Assembly: GCA_905182725.1 (NCBI GenBank)
Contig: CAJJCQ010000016.1
Coordinates: forward strand, 1 to 55,540
Source of the DNA: an uncultured Candidatus Poseidoniales archaeon
GTDB taxonomy: Archaea > Thermoplasmatota > Poseidoniia > Poseidoniales > Poseidoniaceae
Direction of reading: 5' to 3'
Length of the DNA: 55,540 nucleotides
In this document: piece by piece, positions 10,995 to 19,531 of the stretch
How positions within the stretch are numbered: position 1 is the stretch's first letter
Layout of the letters: each line of letters begins with the position of its first letter
Made by a program: the position numbers and the translations under genes
Notes under the pieces: model-generated
The model's input: the letters and a program-made list of their open reading frames with translations, nothing else
Database searches by the model: none
What the model was told of the DNA's origin: nothing

Positions 10995-11174
10995 TCAAGC
11001 CTTAGGACGGTGGGACTTCTTTGCCCAGTTGAATTTACGAATACGGGCTGTTTCGCCGTAACCGCATGATGCACAAACTGACTTTTGCTTGTGATATGCA
11101 CTACGACCACAGCGGCGGCAACGAATGTGGGTTGTCTTCTGACGTTTACCCATGGATGGCGTACCTTTCGACAT
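10995..11174 (-). CDS. rpl37e: 50S ribosomal protein L37e
   Basis: Manual translation [53 protein letters not shown] (59 aa); below ORF-track cut-off. Confidence 0.96.
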   Translation of the reverse strand: MSKGTPSMGKRQKTTHIRCRRCGRSAYHKQKSVCASCGYGETARIRKFNWAKKSHRPKA

Positions 11175-11252
11175 AGAAACACCTGTATAACCGCCCCACC
11201 AACATCCCCCTTATCAAACCGACGGCGGAGGTATTCGCTACAGAGCCGAAGA

Positions 11253-11729
11253 TTATTCATCTTCTAATTCAAAACTACTTCGCTGTTTTTGCGATGTAAT
11301 AGCCGAAAACGTCACTCCTAGAGCAACACATAATGACAGAAGAATAGCCCCCGACGACACAAACATGTGAACAATGTTGTAGATTGCCTGAGCTCGGACT
11401 GAACCATTGTATTCCAACAGCATAGGACCTTGCCCAATGAAGAAGACTGTTGCTAACACTCCGAGCCCAGTGGCCATGATCATTCCAACCAATGGTGCTA
11501 ATGGACGATTTCTCGATTCACCATAAAAGAAAAGATTACCAAGCAAAAACAACGAGCACAATGTAAAAGCAGTCAAGGTGGCATTGGCAAACCGAGTGAA
11601 TGAAACTCCAGAGTCAAGACCCTTGAACTCTCCAAAGAAAGTCACCTCGAAGGCGAGGATGAGCAAAGGTGGAAGGAAAAAGGCAAGAAGCATCATTCTC
11701 CAAGTAAGGACAAGATTGGATTCTTTCAT
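11253..11729 (-). CDS. Hypothetical integral membrane protein (about 4 TM)
   Basis: Four hydrophobic segments; GGAGGTGA RBS; 4-bp overlap with the upstream gene. Confidence 0.7.
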   Translation of the reverse strand: MKESNLVLTWRMMLLAFFLPPLLILAFEVTFFGEFKGLDSGVSFTRFANATLTAFTLCSLFLLGNLFFYGESRNRPLAPLVGMIMATGLGVLATVFFIGQGPMLLEYNGSVRAQAIYNIVHMFVSSGAILLSLCVALGVTFSAITSQKQRSSFELEDE

Positions 11730-12508
11730 TCCTCTTCACCTCCAAGGTGTGTTGCTATGAGCGTAGAAACTTGCTTGAGTTCTGAATCGGTGGGAGGAGT
11801 GATTGATTCTGGCCCAGGTAAGTTTCTCTCATAGGTATAGATGACTAAAGCAAATACGAGAATTGACAGTGCGCTTCCAACTGCAATCCCTGACATATCG
11901 GCGACAGCAAGCCAAAGGTGTTGACGGAAGTCGCCGGAAGTCACTAAAGGGCCATCGACATTTAATCCCAAAAGAAGAAGCGTAAAAGAAAATGCAGAAA
12001 CAAGGAACATGATATTTGATTCGGCTTTGCGTCGCTCACCGATCATTAACAAAGTTACTGCCGAACAAGAGGCAAGACAAGAGGTCAGGAGAAGAAATGT
12101 GGGCCAAAAGACATACCAGTAGGCGTTCACTTCATTTTGCACGATTTGTGGTGTGAGAATCCACCAATGCATACCTGCTAACCAAGCAAATCCTACAGTC
12201 GTCATTAAAAATCCGATTTTACGATCGCTCCTGGGTAATTTACCAACTGGAACATTTCCAGAAAACGAGATGAGATAAATCCCGAGCACAATTAACATGC
12301 ACGGCCCAATTACGGCGCCGAGTAAATGACCGGCTGCCGATGAAGGTGATGACGGAACAGTCCATGGGCTCAGACAAATCAACACAATGCCTGTAAACGC
12401 TAAGAATCGACCACGCAAAGGAGATGATGTAAGAGAATACCAAAGCCCCAATGGCACCATGGACACGGGTATCCAAAACAGTAAGAACGCTTGGAGCATC
12501 TCGTCCAT
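11726..12508 (-). CDS. Hypothetical multi-pass membrane protein (about 7 TM)
   Basis: Hydrophobic helices from MDEMLQAFLLFW onward; ORF-track extension to 12877 is antisense to rpl44e and was trimmed. Confidence 0.7.
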   Translation of the reverse strand: MDEMLQAFLLFWIPVSMVPLGLWYSLTSSPLRGRFLAFTGIVLICLSPWTVPSSPSSAAGHLLGAVIGPCMLIVLGIYLISFSGNVPVGKLPRSDRKIGFLMTTVGFAWLAGMHWWILTPQIVQNEVNAYWYVFWPTFLLLTSCLASCSAVTLLMIGERRKAESNIMFLVSAFSFTLLLLGLNVDGPLVTSGDFRQHLWLAVADMSGIAVGSALSILVFALVIYTYERNLPGPESITPPTDSELKQVSTLIATHLGGEEE

Positions 12509-12640
12509 GACCCTGCTAAAGTCCCGAATGTTCATTATATCTCCCCTTGTTTCACACGCAGTGTAGCGAAATTTGCTGGCGATTGAATGCGGCACTCCTA
12601 AATACCCGTCTCTTGTGGGCCGAATGCTCAAGGTGCTATC

Positions 12641-12925
12641 ATGGTCAAAATGCCACGTCAAGTCAAGCGTTACAGTCCATCGGCTGGTAAGCATACAATG
12701 CATACAATTGAGCGAGTGAAGAAGAAGCGTGCTTCTGAACTTCGCTGGGGTCAACGACGTTTCCGCCGTGTTATGGCTGGATACCGTGGTTTCCCTCGTC
12801 CAAAACCTGAAGGCCGTGAGAAGCCTACCAAGCGAGTGAACATTCTCTACCGTTGCACAGAAACCGGCAAAGCGCATTACGCACCTTGCCAGCGTGCTAA
12901 GAAATTCGAATTAATCGACAAGTGA
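12641..12925 (+). CDS. rpl44e: 50S ribosomal protein L44e (eL42)
   Basis: MVKMP...HT.H, WGQRRFRR...GYRGFPRPKP, KPTKRV.I.YRC; first gene of the conserved L44e-S27e-aIF2a-Nop10-PAC2 operon. Confidence 0.93.
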   Translation: MVKMPRQVKRYSPSAGKHTMHTIERVKKKRASELRWGQRRFRRVMAGYRGFPRPKPEGREKPTKRVNILYRCTETGKAHYAPCQRAKKFELIDK

Positions 12926-12935
12926 GTTGACAACT

Positions 12936-13106
12936 ATGGCAAAAAATTTCCTAAATGTATCCTGCAAAGATTGCAGCAACGAAACTACAATTTTCTCTCG
13001 AGCAACCTCCGTAATTTCTTGCGGTGTTTGCGGAGCAACCCTTACCAGCCCATCCGGCGGAAAGGCCGACTTGATCGGATGCACTGTTGTTGAAGCACTT
13101 GAATGA
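12936..13106 (+). CDS. rps27e: 30S ribosomal protein S27e
   Basis: Manual translation MAKNFLNVSCKDCSNETTIFSRATSVISCGVCGATLTSPSGGKA (56 aa, C4 zinc finger); expected operon position. Confidence 0.94.
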   Translation: MAKNFLNVSCKDCSNETTIFSRATSVISCGVCGATLTSPSGGKADLIGCTVVEALE

Positions 13107-13121
13107 GGAGGCAGAGCCTCC

Positions 13122-13907
13122 ATGTCTGAGAAAATAAATACGCCAAATGAAGGCGAACTTGTTGTTGTCAGCGTTACCACCGTTAAGCAAAACGGTTGTT
13201 ATGTAAAACTCGATGAGTTTGAAGGCGTTGAAGGCTTTATTTTCATTGGCGAAATCGCCAGTGGATGGGTAAAGAACATTCGAGTCTTTGTCCGTGAAGG
13301 ACAACGCCTCATTTGTAAAGTCATGCGAACCCGTAAAGACGGGACATCGCTTGAGCTTTCACTCAAATCAGTTTCAGAAGAACGACGACGAGAACGTCTT
13401 CAAGAATGGAAGAACGAACAACGTGCACACCAATTGCTCAAAGTGTTGGGTGAAAAGGTCGGTTGGACAAAGGATGACATCAAAACCTCCGGTGAAGAGT
13501 TAATTGAGGCATATGGAGGACTCTATACTGCATTTGAAGAAGCTGCAATGAATGAAGGTTCTTTGGCTGATGCTGGATTCGAAGGTGAGTGGCTCAAGAC
13601 GTTCATCGAAATTGCAGTTGAAAACGTGATTCCTGCATTTGTAGAAATTCGAGGCATATTCACATTGAGCATTGACGGCACGAATGGAGTTGAAGTGATT
13701 CAAAAAGCACTCCTTGCCGCTGAAGCCCTGTCTTCGGTTGAAGAAGAAATTGAAGTGACTTGCCACTACAATGGCGCACCACAATACCGAATCGAATTGA
13801 AAGCACCAGACTTCAAAACTGCAGAATCAATTTGGGAAAATGCCACAAAGGCAACTTTAGACCATGTTCTCGAAGCTGGCGGAGAAGCCACTTCATACCG
13901 CCAATGA
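13122..13907 (+). CDS. eif2a: Translation initiation factor aIF-2 alpha
   Basis: PNEGELVV S1 domain, EIASGWVKNIR, LSLKSV, GAPQYRI...DFKTAE; GAGGAGG RBS. Confidence 0.95.
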   Translation: MSEKINTPNEGELVVVSVTTVKQNGCYVKLDEFEGVEGFIFIGEIASGWVKNIRVFVREGQRLICKVMRTRKDGTSLELSLKSVSEERRRERLQEWKNEQRAHQLLKVLGEKVGWTKDDIKTSGEELIEAYGGLYTAFEEAAMNEGSLADAGFEGEWLKTFIEIAVENVIPAFVEIRGIFTLSIDGTNGVEVIQKALLAAEALSSVEEEIEVTCHYNGAPQYRIELKAPDFKTAESIWENATKATLDHVLEAGGEATSYRQ

Positions 13908-13945
13908 GGCGTTGAATCATAAACGTGAATCTTACAGGTGATATT

Positions 13946-14191
13946 ATGGCACGACAACTTTTACAGCAATGTCTCGAATGTGAGGCATGGACTTTAGCTA
14001 CGACTTGCCCTTCTTGCGGAGCAAAGGCTCAGGCTGCCGCTCCACTCAAATGGTCTCCAGAAGACCATCGAGCAGATATCCGAAGAAAGATGTACAATGT
14101 TGAAGATCCTGCATGGGCAAAAGCACTCGCCACCTTACCTTCACTTGAAGAGATGAAAGCAACACAACTCTCTATCGAAGAAGAAGAGTGA
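13946..14191 (+). CDS. nop10: H/ACA RNP protein Nop10
   Basis: CLEC..WTL...CPSCG....AAPLKWSPED; conserved position after aIF2a; AGGTGA RBS before ATG 13946. Confidence 0.85.
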   Translation: MARQLLQQCLECEAWTLATTCPSCGAKAQAAAPLKWSPEDHRADIRRKMYNVEDPAWAKALATLPSLEEMKATQLSIEEEE

Positions 14192-14279
14192 TGCGTTTCA
14201 CTCAACCCCTCGCAATTCAACTTTTTTGCTTGATTTCAATGTCAAACATTATAGCGCGGCGGAAGACGATATCCCCTAT

Positions 14280-15035
14280 ATGGGATTACATATTGAATGG
14301 AGAGGCACTCATTCTGAACTTGGTGAACACGCCATTATGTTGTTTGCACTTCCTGGCGTGGGAAACGTCGGTAAAGTCGCTCTTGAAGGAATCAACACCT
14401 CACATATCTGCCATGAAGTCGCTCGCCTCCATCACACTGCACTTCCACCATTAGCAACACTCGACGAGCAGGGTTTACTTTCACCCCCCCATCTTTCCCT
14501 TTCCTCTATAGAATCAGTCACAGGGAAAAGAGTACTTACGCTCACAGGAACATCCCAACCGCTTGAGCCTGAACATCAAGGCATGATGGCTCGAGAGGTT
14601 CTTCAGTGGCTTGAACAACAAGGTGTCCAATCACTCTACGTATTGGCTGGACTCATGGATGCTCCAACACGAAAAGAAACGTTCATGGTAGCCTCAAACG
14701 CTTCACATAGGATTGATTTGGAAGCACTTGGAGTAGATGTCCGTCGAGATGAGCCGAAATCAGGCGCCATTGGCTTAGCCGCACTCATCGCTTCCAATGG
14801 ACCATTGTTCAACATCAATTCTGCTTGTGCGATTGCAACAACCGTGGGCTCAAGTGGAGATGTCTTTGCTTCACAGCGCCTCCTTGAATCACTCGATGGG
14901 TGGTTCGACCTTGGAATCGCTTTACCAAGCGACATTCATTCGAAACTTACGGAAAAACTGTCTGTACTTGCACCCGGGAAACCATCCGATTACGTCGGAG
15001 AATTAACCGAATCTCCTGATGCATTCTACATGTGA
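14280..15035 (+). CDS. PAC2 family proteasome assembly chaperone
   Basis: ALPGVGNVGKVA, H..LPP, LTGTSQP, C-terminal ..YM tail; conserved position after nop10. Confidence 0.8.
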   Translation: MGLHIEWRGTHSELGEHAIMLFALPGVGNVGKVALEGINTSHICHEVARLHHTALPPLATLDEQGLLSPPHLSLSSIESVTGKRVLTLTGTSQPLEPEHQGMMAREVLQWLEQQGVQSLYVLAGLMDAPTRKETFMVASNASHRIDLEALGVDVRRDEPKSGAIGLAALIASNGPLFNINSACAIATTVGSSGDVFASQRLLESLDGWFDLGIALPSDIHSKLTEKLSVLAPGKPSDYVGELTESPDAFYM

Positions 15036-15052
15036 GAGAAACTCTCAGTTTT
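15033..15052. terminator. Short hairpin between convergent PAC2 and TM2 genes (possible terminator)
   Basis: TGAGAG-AAA-CTCTCA perfect inverted repeat followed by GTTTT. Confidence 0.3.
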
Positions 15053-15054
15053 GA

Positions 15055-15477
15055 TCATCTCATGTTTTGGCGTCGAACCAAATCGGGAATCAAGAATAAA
15101 TCGAGTAACCAACCAAATCCAAATAAACCAAAGGTAAAAAGATAGACCACTCCAATGACTATATCGTTCAAATAAAACCGGTGGGCTCCGAAAAAGCCAA
15201 GGAAAAGCCACAACAAGTAAGCCACTAAGGTGTCTTTTTGTGCACCGTAATAGATGGTTTGACCGCCATGTTGCTGGTAGTAATTTGGATAAGGTTGTTG
15301 CTGAACAACTTGAACCGGTTGTTGGTAAACCGGCTGCTGTGCCACCACCTGCTGAACTGGAGCTTGTGGAGCTGCGTGATAGTGATTATGAACAACCGTC
15401 CCCGTGTGAATATCTCCTGAAACAACGCTGTCTTTGATGTTTGGAGATGAGCCTGGCGCTGGTTCCATGTGGCTCAC
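15055..15477 (-). CDS. TM2 domain membrane protein with Gln/Pro-rich N-terminus
   Basis: KDTLVAYLLWLFLGFFGAHRFYL...GVVYLFTFGLFGFGWLLDLFLIP is the TM2 signature. Confidence 0.88.
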   Translation of the reverse strand: MSHMEPAPGSSPNIKDSVVSGDIHTGTVVHNHYHAAPQAPVQQVVAQQPVYQQPVQVVQQQPYPNYYQQHGGQTIYYGAQKDTLVAYLLWLFLGFFGAHRFYLNDIVIGVVYLFTFGLFGFGWLLDLFLIPDLVRRQNMR

Positions 15478-15528
15478 TCAGACTTACGTAGAAGTATTAC
15501 CTAAAAAGTTCCTTGGATAACGAAAAGG

Positions 15529-15611
15529 CGCCGAGAGAGAGATTTGAACTCCCGCGTCCAAGGGACAGTGGATTTCGAATCCACCGCAATACCGGGCTAT
15601 GCGATCTCGGC
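15529..15611 (-). tRNA. tRNA-Ser(CGA)
   Basis: Reverse complement GCCGAGATCGCATAGCCCGGTATTGCGGTGGATTCGAAATCCACTGTCCCTTGGACGCGGGAGTTCAAATCTCTCTCTCGGCG: acceptor stem, GTGGA/TCCAC anticodon stem with CGA, long variable arm, TTCAAAT T-loop, G discriminator, no intron. Confidence 0.95.
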
Positions 15612-15666
15612 CGCAGATGTCGGGTTTAGCGCCACCGTCATAAGCATGGCGTTGACTCGTAGTTGT

Positions 15667-15867
15667 ATGGAGATACACCTCAAGGGGCGTGACTATGATG
15701 TCAAAGTAGAACTCGATGGTGAACAAACTGTCCGACAGGCGCTACTTGAGGCTGGAATCCACCCCTCAACAGTCATTGTCAGTTACGATGGGACAATCTT
15801 GCCGCACGCCACTGTATTGTCCCAATCGGTACAACTGTTGGTCATCACCATTTCATCCGGCGGTTAA
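15667..15867 (+). CDS. Ubiquitin-like MoaD/ThiS-family protein (SAMP-like)
   Basis: 66 aa beta-grasp pattern (TVRQALLEAGI..STVIVSYDG) ending in di-glycine SSGG. Confidence 0.85.
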   Translation: MEIHLKGRDYDVKVELDGEQTVRQALLEAGIHPSTVIVSYDGTILPHATVLSQSVQLLVITISSGG

Positions 15868-17705
15868 TCTCGTTGTACACGTTCGATGATCTGGAACTTG
15901 GTATTCTGTGAAATATTGCCACGAACTTCTACAGCCCAAGCGTCTAATCCGAGATTAGCGACAACAATTGTATCGCCGATTTGCGCCAAATCATACTGAG
16001 TACCCCAATCATTAGCCCAACCTTCAACTTTCATAGCACCAGTTGCATCCAAAATCATGGCCCCCTTTCGATGCCATTCCTTCCCATTACGTCCAACACC
16101 ACGTTTTTCAAAGCGGTAAATAAGGCGTCCAGCAACGTTCCAACGTGCACGGAATTCCAGCAAGTCCGAGCCGACTTCATCTTCTGAAGCATGTACTACA
16201 CATGCATGTGGATCGACTTTGAGTTCAATCTCGCCCTTCCAATTGGCAGTTGGAATCACTTGGTCGAGTTTCACTCGGTCACCTTTTGCAATGTTTTGAG
16301 GCCACGATGGTTCACCATCTTGGTGTTGATCAACCAAGAGAATCACCTTGGCGAAATGATCACCCTGAGAAATCGTAATTCGAGGGCGATGTCCTTCTTT
16401 GACTCCCATAACACTGAACACTTCGCCAACAAAGGTCATGCGAGGATCAAGGTCACCAAGTGGTGTGATCTCAATATCAGTAGGGGTGCCTGGCAATCGA
16501 ACTAAACCGCCGGATGGAAGGTCATCGTCACCTTGTCCACCCGGACATACAGAGGCCCAATCACAACGGTCACAACGGACTTCATCGGGTGCTTCTATAG
16601 CGATTCCACCATTCTTAAAACCACGCACTGGAGATGGGTTCGGTGGACAGTCCTCAAGCACCGGTGTTGTTTCTCTAATTTGATGCCACATTGATTCAAG
16701 TTCGGATTCCATTTCAGTCATTTCTGAAACGGTAGGACATGCAATCGTCTTAATTGAATTTGCACCGAGGTACCATATTTCAAGCACATCGACCTGTTCC
16801 TTCTTTTCGTGAGTAATCCACCACAACATCGCATACATGCGTAATTGTTCAACGTAATTACCGGAACGGTCACCGCGACCTACGCTGGCTTTCAAGTCAA
16901 CAATATTGATTCGACCATCCCATCGGTAAATTAAATCATATTCACCTTGAAACCAATGTTCGGGATGTATTGCATTCATTGCAAACTTTCCTGCATTTGG
17001 ATCAACAAACCAAGGGCGGGTTATTTCCCAAGCTTCAATCAAACTGACCTCACCGTCTTGTGAAAGAGGATGATTATTGGAAAGTGTGTATCGGCGAGCA
17101 TCAGGTGCTGGCCATTCAGGTCGGTGTCCTCTACGCCATTCTTTCAGACCTGGCCCACCGTTTTGGTCAAGGCAACGCTGAACTTCATTCAAATGAAATT
17201 CAAGGCCATTGATGCACATTTTGAGACAATAATCAGGATTTACTGATTTCCAATCGCCAGCTCTCCGTTCATCTTTTTTCCATTCTTCTTTCATTGAATT
17301 GAGTGCGAGGTGGAGATGGACCTTCAACCGCCCAATTGCCCATTGTCGAAGACTGTCGAGGCTCTGTGGCTGCATGTTCTCAGGTAAAGCCAACAGACGT
17401 TCTGCTGGCCAAGGGTCGAGGCTTGAACGGCTTGGAACTCCATCCTCATCCAGTGGGATGGCTGAAAGAGTGTCCGATGATGCCTTCGAAACCAAAAGCG
17501 CTGGAGATTCCATCAACATACGGCAAATCGCTTCTTCAACGGCTCTACCAACAAATAATACCGGTATTTGCGGCATCTTGAAACGCCGAACTTTCTCGTA
17601 AAACCATAGCCGTGGACACGCGCGATAAGCGTTCACTTGGCTTGCTGAAAGTCGGTTATATGGGCCAACAGAATCTTCAGAGGATGTGACAAGACTTACC
17701 GGCAT
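15864..17705 (-). CDS. PD-(D/E)XK RecB/Cas4-like nuclease with Fe-S cysteines and two C-terminal OB folds (paralog A)
   Basis: LSASQVNAYRACPRLWFY, GEYDLI..IVDLKAS, QLRMY, CDRCDWASVC; OB-like C-terminus (WNVAGRL...ILDATGAMKVEGW...IGDTIVV). Confidence 0.8.
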   Translation of the reverse strand: MPVSLVTSSEDSVGPYNRLSASQVNAYRACPRLWFYEKVRRFKMPQIPVLFVGRAVEEAICRMLMESPALLVSKASSDTLSAIPLDEDGVPSRSSLDPWPAERLLALPENMQPQSLDSLRQWAIGRLKVHLHLALNSMKEEWKKDERRAGDWKSVNPDYCLKMCINGLEFHLNEVQRCLDQNGGPGLKEWRRGHRPEWPAPDARRYTLSNNHPLSQDGEVSLIEAWEITRPWFVDPNAGKFAMNAIHPEHWFQGEYDLIYRWDGRINIVDLKASVGRGDRSGNYVEQLRMYAMLWWITHEKKEQVDVLEIWYLGANSIKTIACPTVSEMTEMESELESMWHQIRETTPVLEDCPPNPSPVRGFKNGGIAIEAPDEVRCDRCDWASVCPGGQGDDDLPSGGLVRLPGTPTDIEITPLGDLDPRMTFVGEVFSVMGVKEGHRPRITISQGDHFAKVILLVDQHQDGEPSWPQNIAKGDRVKLDQVIPTANWKGEIELKVDPHACVVHASEDEVGSDLLEFRARWNVAGRLIYRFEKRGVGRNGKEWHRKGAMILDATGAMKVEGWANDWGTQYDLAQIGDTIVVANLGLDAWAVEVRGNISQNTKFQIIERVQRD

Positions 17706-17752
17706 ACCTGTGAGTGTTTTGTCGAATGTTCTTGAACCCTACTCTCTGGAAT

Positions 17753-19516
17753 TCAATCCTTTACTTGCAGACGCGTTTTTCTCGAGTCGATTCGAAGTTG
17801 AGGCAATCCTGCTCTCCAGCCCATTTCGGCAGCCAATAATTTGAGTGTTTGACCTGGCCGTAGTGCTTCCATTTGACCGGTTATACTCGAACCGAAGGAA
17901 GCAACTTCAACAATTGAATGCCCATCCCAAAGGTGGACGTTGAGCATAGTCCATGGTTTGGCATCCAATCGAATCCCAGAACGCTTGCGAACACTGAGAA
18001 CAACGCCTTCGACGTTCGCCCGTGTGCGAAGTAAACCGATGCGAGTTGTTCGTTCTGAAAGAGAAAGTGGTGTCTGTTCAAATTCTTTGGCTGCTTGCGC
18101 AACTGGCATTATTCTAGTTCGCGAATCGACATATAACCGAGGCGCACCACGCCAGACTCCGGGTAATGCGTCTAAAATCACGAGTTCTCCAGTCGGTTGG
18201 TCGTGAAGAAGAGGATATGTGCCTGGTTCGCTCTCTTCAACTGTAATTTGTGCACCTCCGGCAACAAGCATTGCACCCAAAACGGGTTCTCCGAAATGGT
18301 TGGGCAATGGACCCCATGCACCTGTAAACTTTCCTTGAACACTAACTCGAACTGGTATTTCCGACAAAGGTTCACTCGGGACTGTAAGGGGGATTTCTCG
18401 CAATGGAGTGATTTCTGAGAGTAATTCATCGCCAGACCAAGTTCCCTCTTCATCTCGGGCAAGACTGCACCAATGACAACCCGCCGCGCTACCATCACAG
18501 GCCTCACTTGGAAGAACTGGCATGCTTGCCGGCCCTGAACCCATGTTTTGCATTTCAGTGTTGATGCGTGAAAATTCAGAGGTCATTTCAGTGTACTCAG
18601 CAGCTTGTGGGACTTCATAGACAATACGATGAGGTCCATTGAGGTACCAGCCTTCCAAACCGTCGATGCATTGTCCATCGTGGGTTTCATGCCAAAGCCA
18701 GCCATAGAAACGAAGTTGGTGTTGAAGCGATTCTGCAAATTTAGAACTTGGATCGCCAGATTTGATATCGACCAGGCGTATTCGCCCATCCCATCGAAGG
18801 ACAAGATCAAGTTCACCTGCTGCCCAACGTTCTGGATGAAACAAACGTTGAGGTTGGTGGACGCGAGGGTCTTTGGTCCATGGACGAGCAATTTCGAGTG
18901 CTTCATTCCAAGTAACTGCAGAACCGGGAGATTGCCATTGCATGGCTTGTCCTTCAACGGCCCAGGAACGCAACTCATAATTTCGAACCTTATCTGGAAC
19001 AGGGAAAGAGGGTTCATCTCCCCAAGCAGGTGACGGGACCTCGAATGGTGATTCTCCTGCCCTGTAGAGTTCTAAATATGGCCCACCGTTTTCTTGGTAG
19101 CAGGATTCAATTTCTTCAAAGAGGAGCACCAGACCGTTTTCAAGTCGGGCAATAAAAGAATCAATTTCCACATCCTCCCACGAAGTTCCTGGTTCATACC
19201 AAATCCCTTCATCCCAAAGAATACGACCTGCATCGAGGGCTTCTTGTGCAGCCTTTGGAAGCAAAGTGTGCATCCAATCTTTCAATTCCGATAGTGTTTT
19301 AATTTGCATTGTAGGACGTTGCATCATGACTCCACAAAATGCATCTTCAAGGACAATCCCAATCACCTGAGATGGTCGAAGTGGGCCGGAGATTCCGACT
19401 TTTGAACCAAGAAACCACTGCCGTTTGCAGCGAAGGAAAGTCGTCAAACCACTTGCAGAGATTCGTGAGCGAGAACGTCCCAATGGGCCACCAAGTGGAG
19501 GAATTCCTACAGGCAT
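17753..19516 (-). CDS. PD-(D/E)XK RecB/Cas4-like nuclease with C-terminal OB folds (paralog B)
   Basis: ISASGLTTFLRCKRQWFL, GELDLV..LVDIKSG, QLRFY, C..GCHWC; OB-like ANVEGVVLSV...LWDGHSIVEVASF...LRPGQTLKL. Confidence 0.8.
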   Translation of the reverse strand: MPVGIPPLGGPLGRSRSRISASGLTTFLRCKRQWFLGSKVGISGPLRPSQVIGIVLEDAFCGVMMQRPTMQIKTLSELKDWMHTLLPKAAQEALDAGRILWDEGIWYEPGTSWEDVEIDSFIARLENGLVLLFEEIESCYQENGGPYLELYRAGESPFEVPSPAWGDEPSFPVPDKVRNYELRSWAVEGQAMQWQSPGSAVTWNEALEIARPWTKDPRVHQPQRLFHPERWAAGELDLVLRWDGRIRLVDIKSGDPSSKFAESLQHQLRFYGWLWHETHDGQCIDGLEGWYLNGPHRIVYEVPQAAEYTEMTSEFSRINTEMQNMGSGPASMPVLPSEACDGSAAGCHWCSLARDEEGTWSGDELLSEITPLREIPLTVPSEPLSEIPVRVSVQGKFTGAWGPLPNHFGEPVLGAMLVAGGAQITVEESEPGTYPLLHDQPTGELVILDALPGVWRGAPRLYVDSRTRIMPVAQAAKEFEQTPLSLSERTTRIGLLRTRANVEGVVLSVRKRSGIRLDAKPWTMLNVHLWDGHSIVEVASFGSSITGQMEALRPGQTLKLLAAEMGWRAGLPQLRIDSRKTRLQVKD

Positions 19517-19531
19517 TGTATCATAATCTCC

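Noticed and set aside
10934-11267. ORF-track ORFs 10934..11260(-) and 11085..11267(+)
   Set aside because: Alternative-frame or antisense shadows of the real rpl37e gene
12509-12877. N-terminal extension of ORF 11726..12877
   Set aside because: Antisense to rpl44e; hydrophobic coding pattern begins at 12508
15036-15611. Integrative element at tRNA-Ser
   Set aside because: No integrase and no duplicated tRNA 3' end (att site) noticed
15544-15666. N-terminal extension of the SAMP-like ORF given in the ORF track
   Set aside because: Overlaps the tRNA on the opposite strand; ATG 15667 gives the normal size
15864-19516. Cas4 genes of a CRISPR-Cas locus
   Set aside because: No repeat-spacer array, cas1 or cas2 seen in the window; the proteins are about three times Cas4 length with extra OB folds
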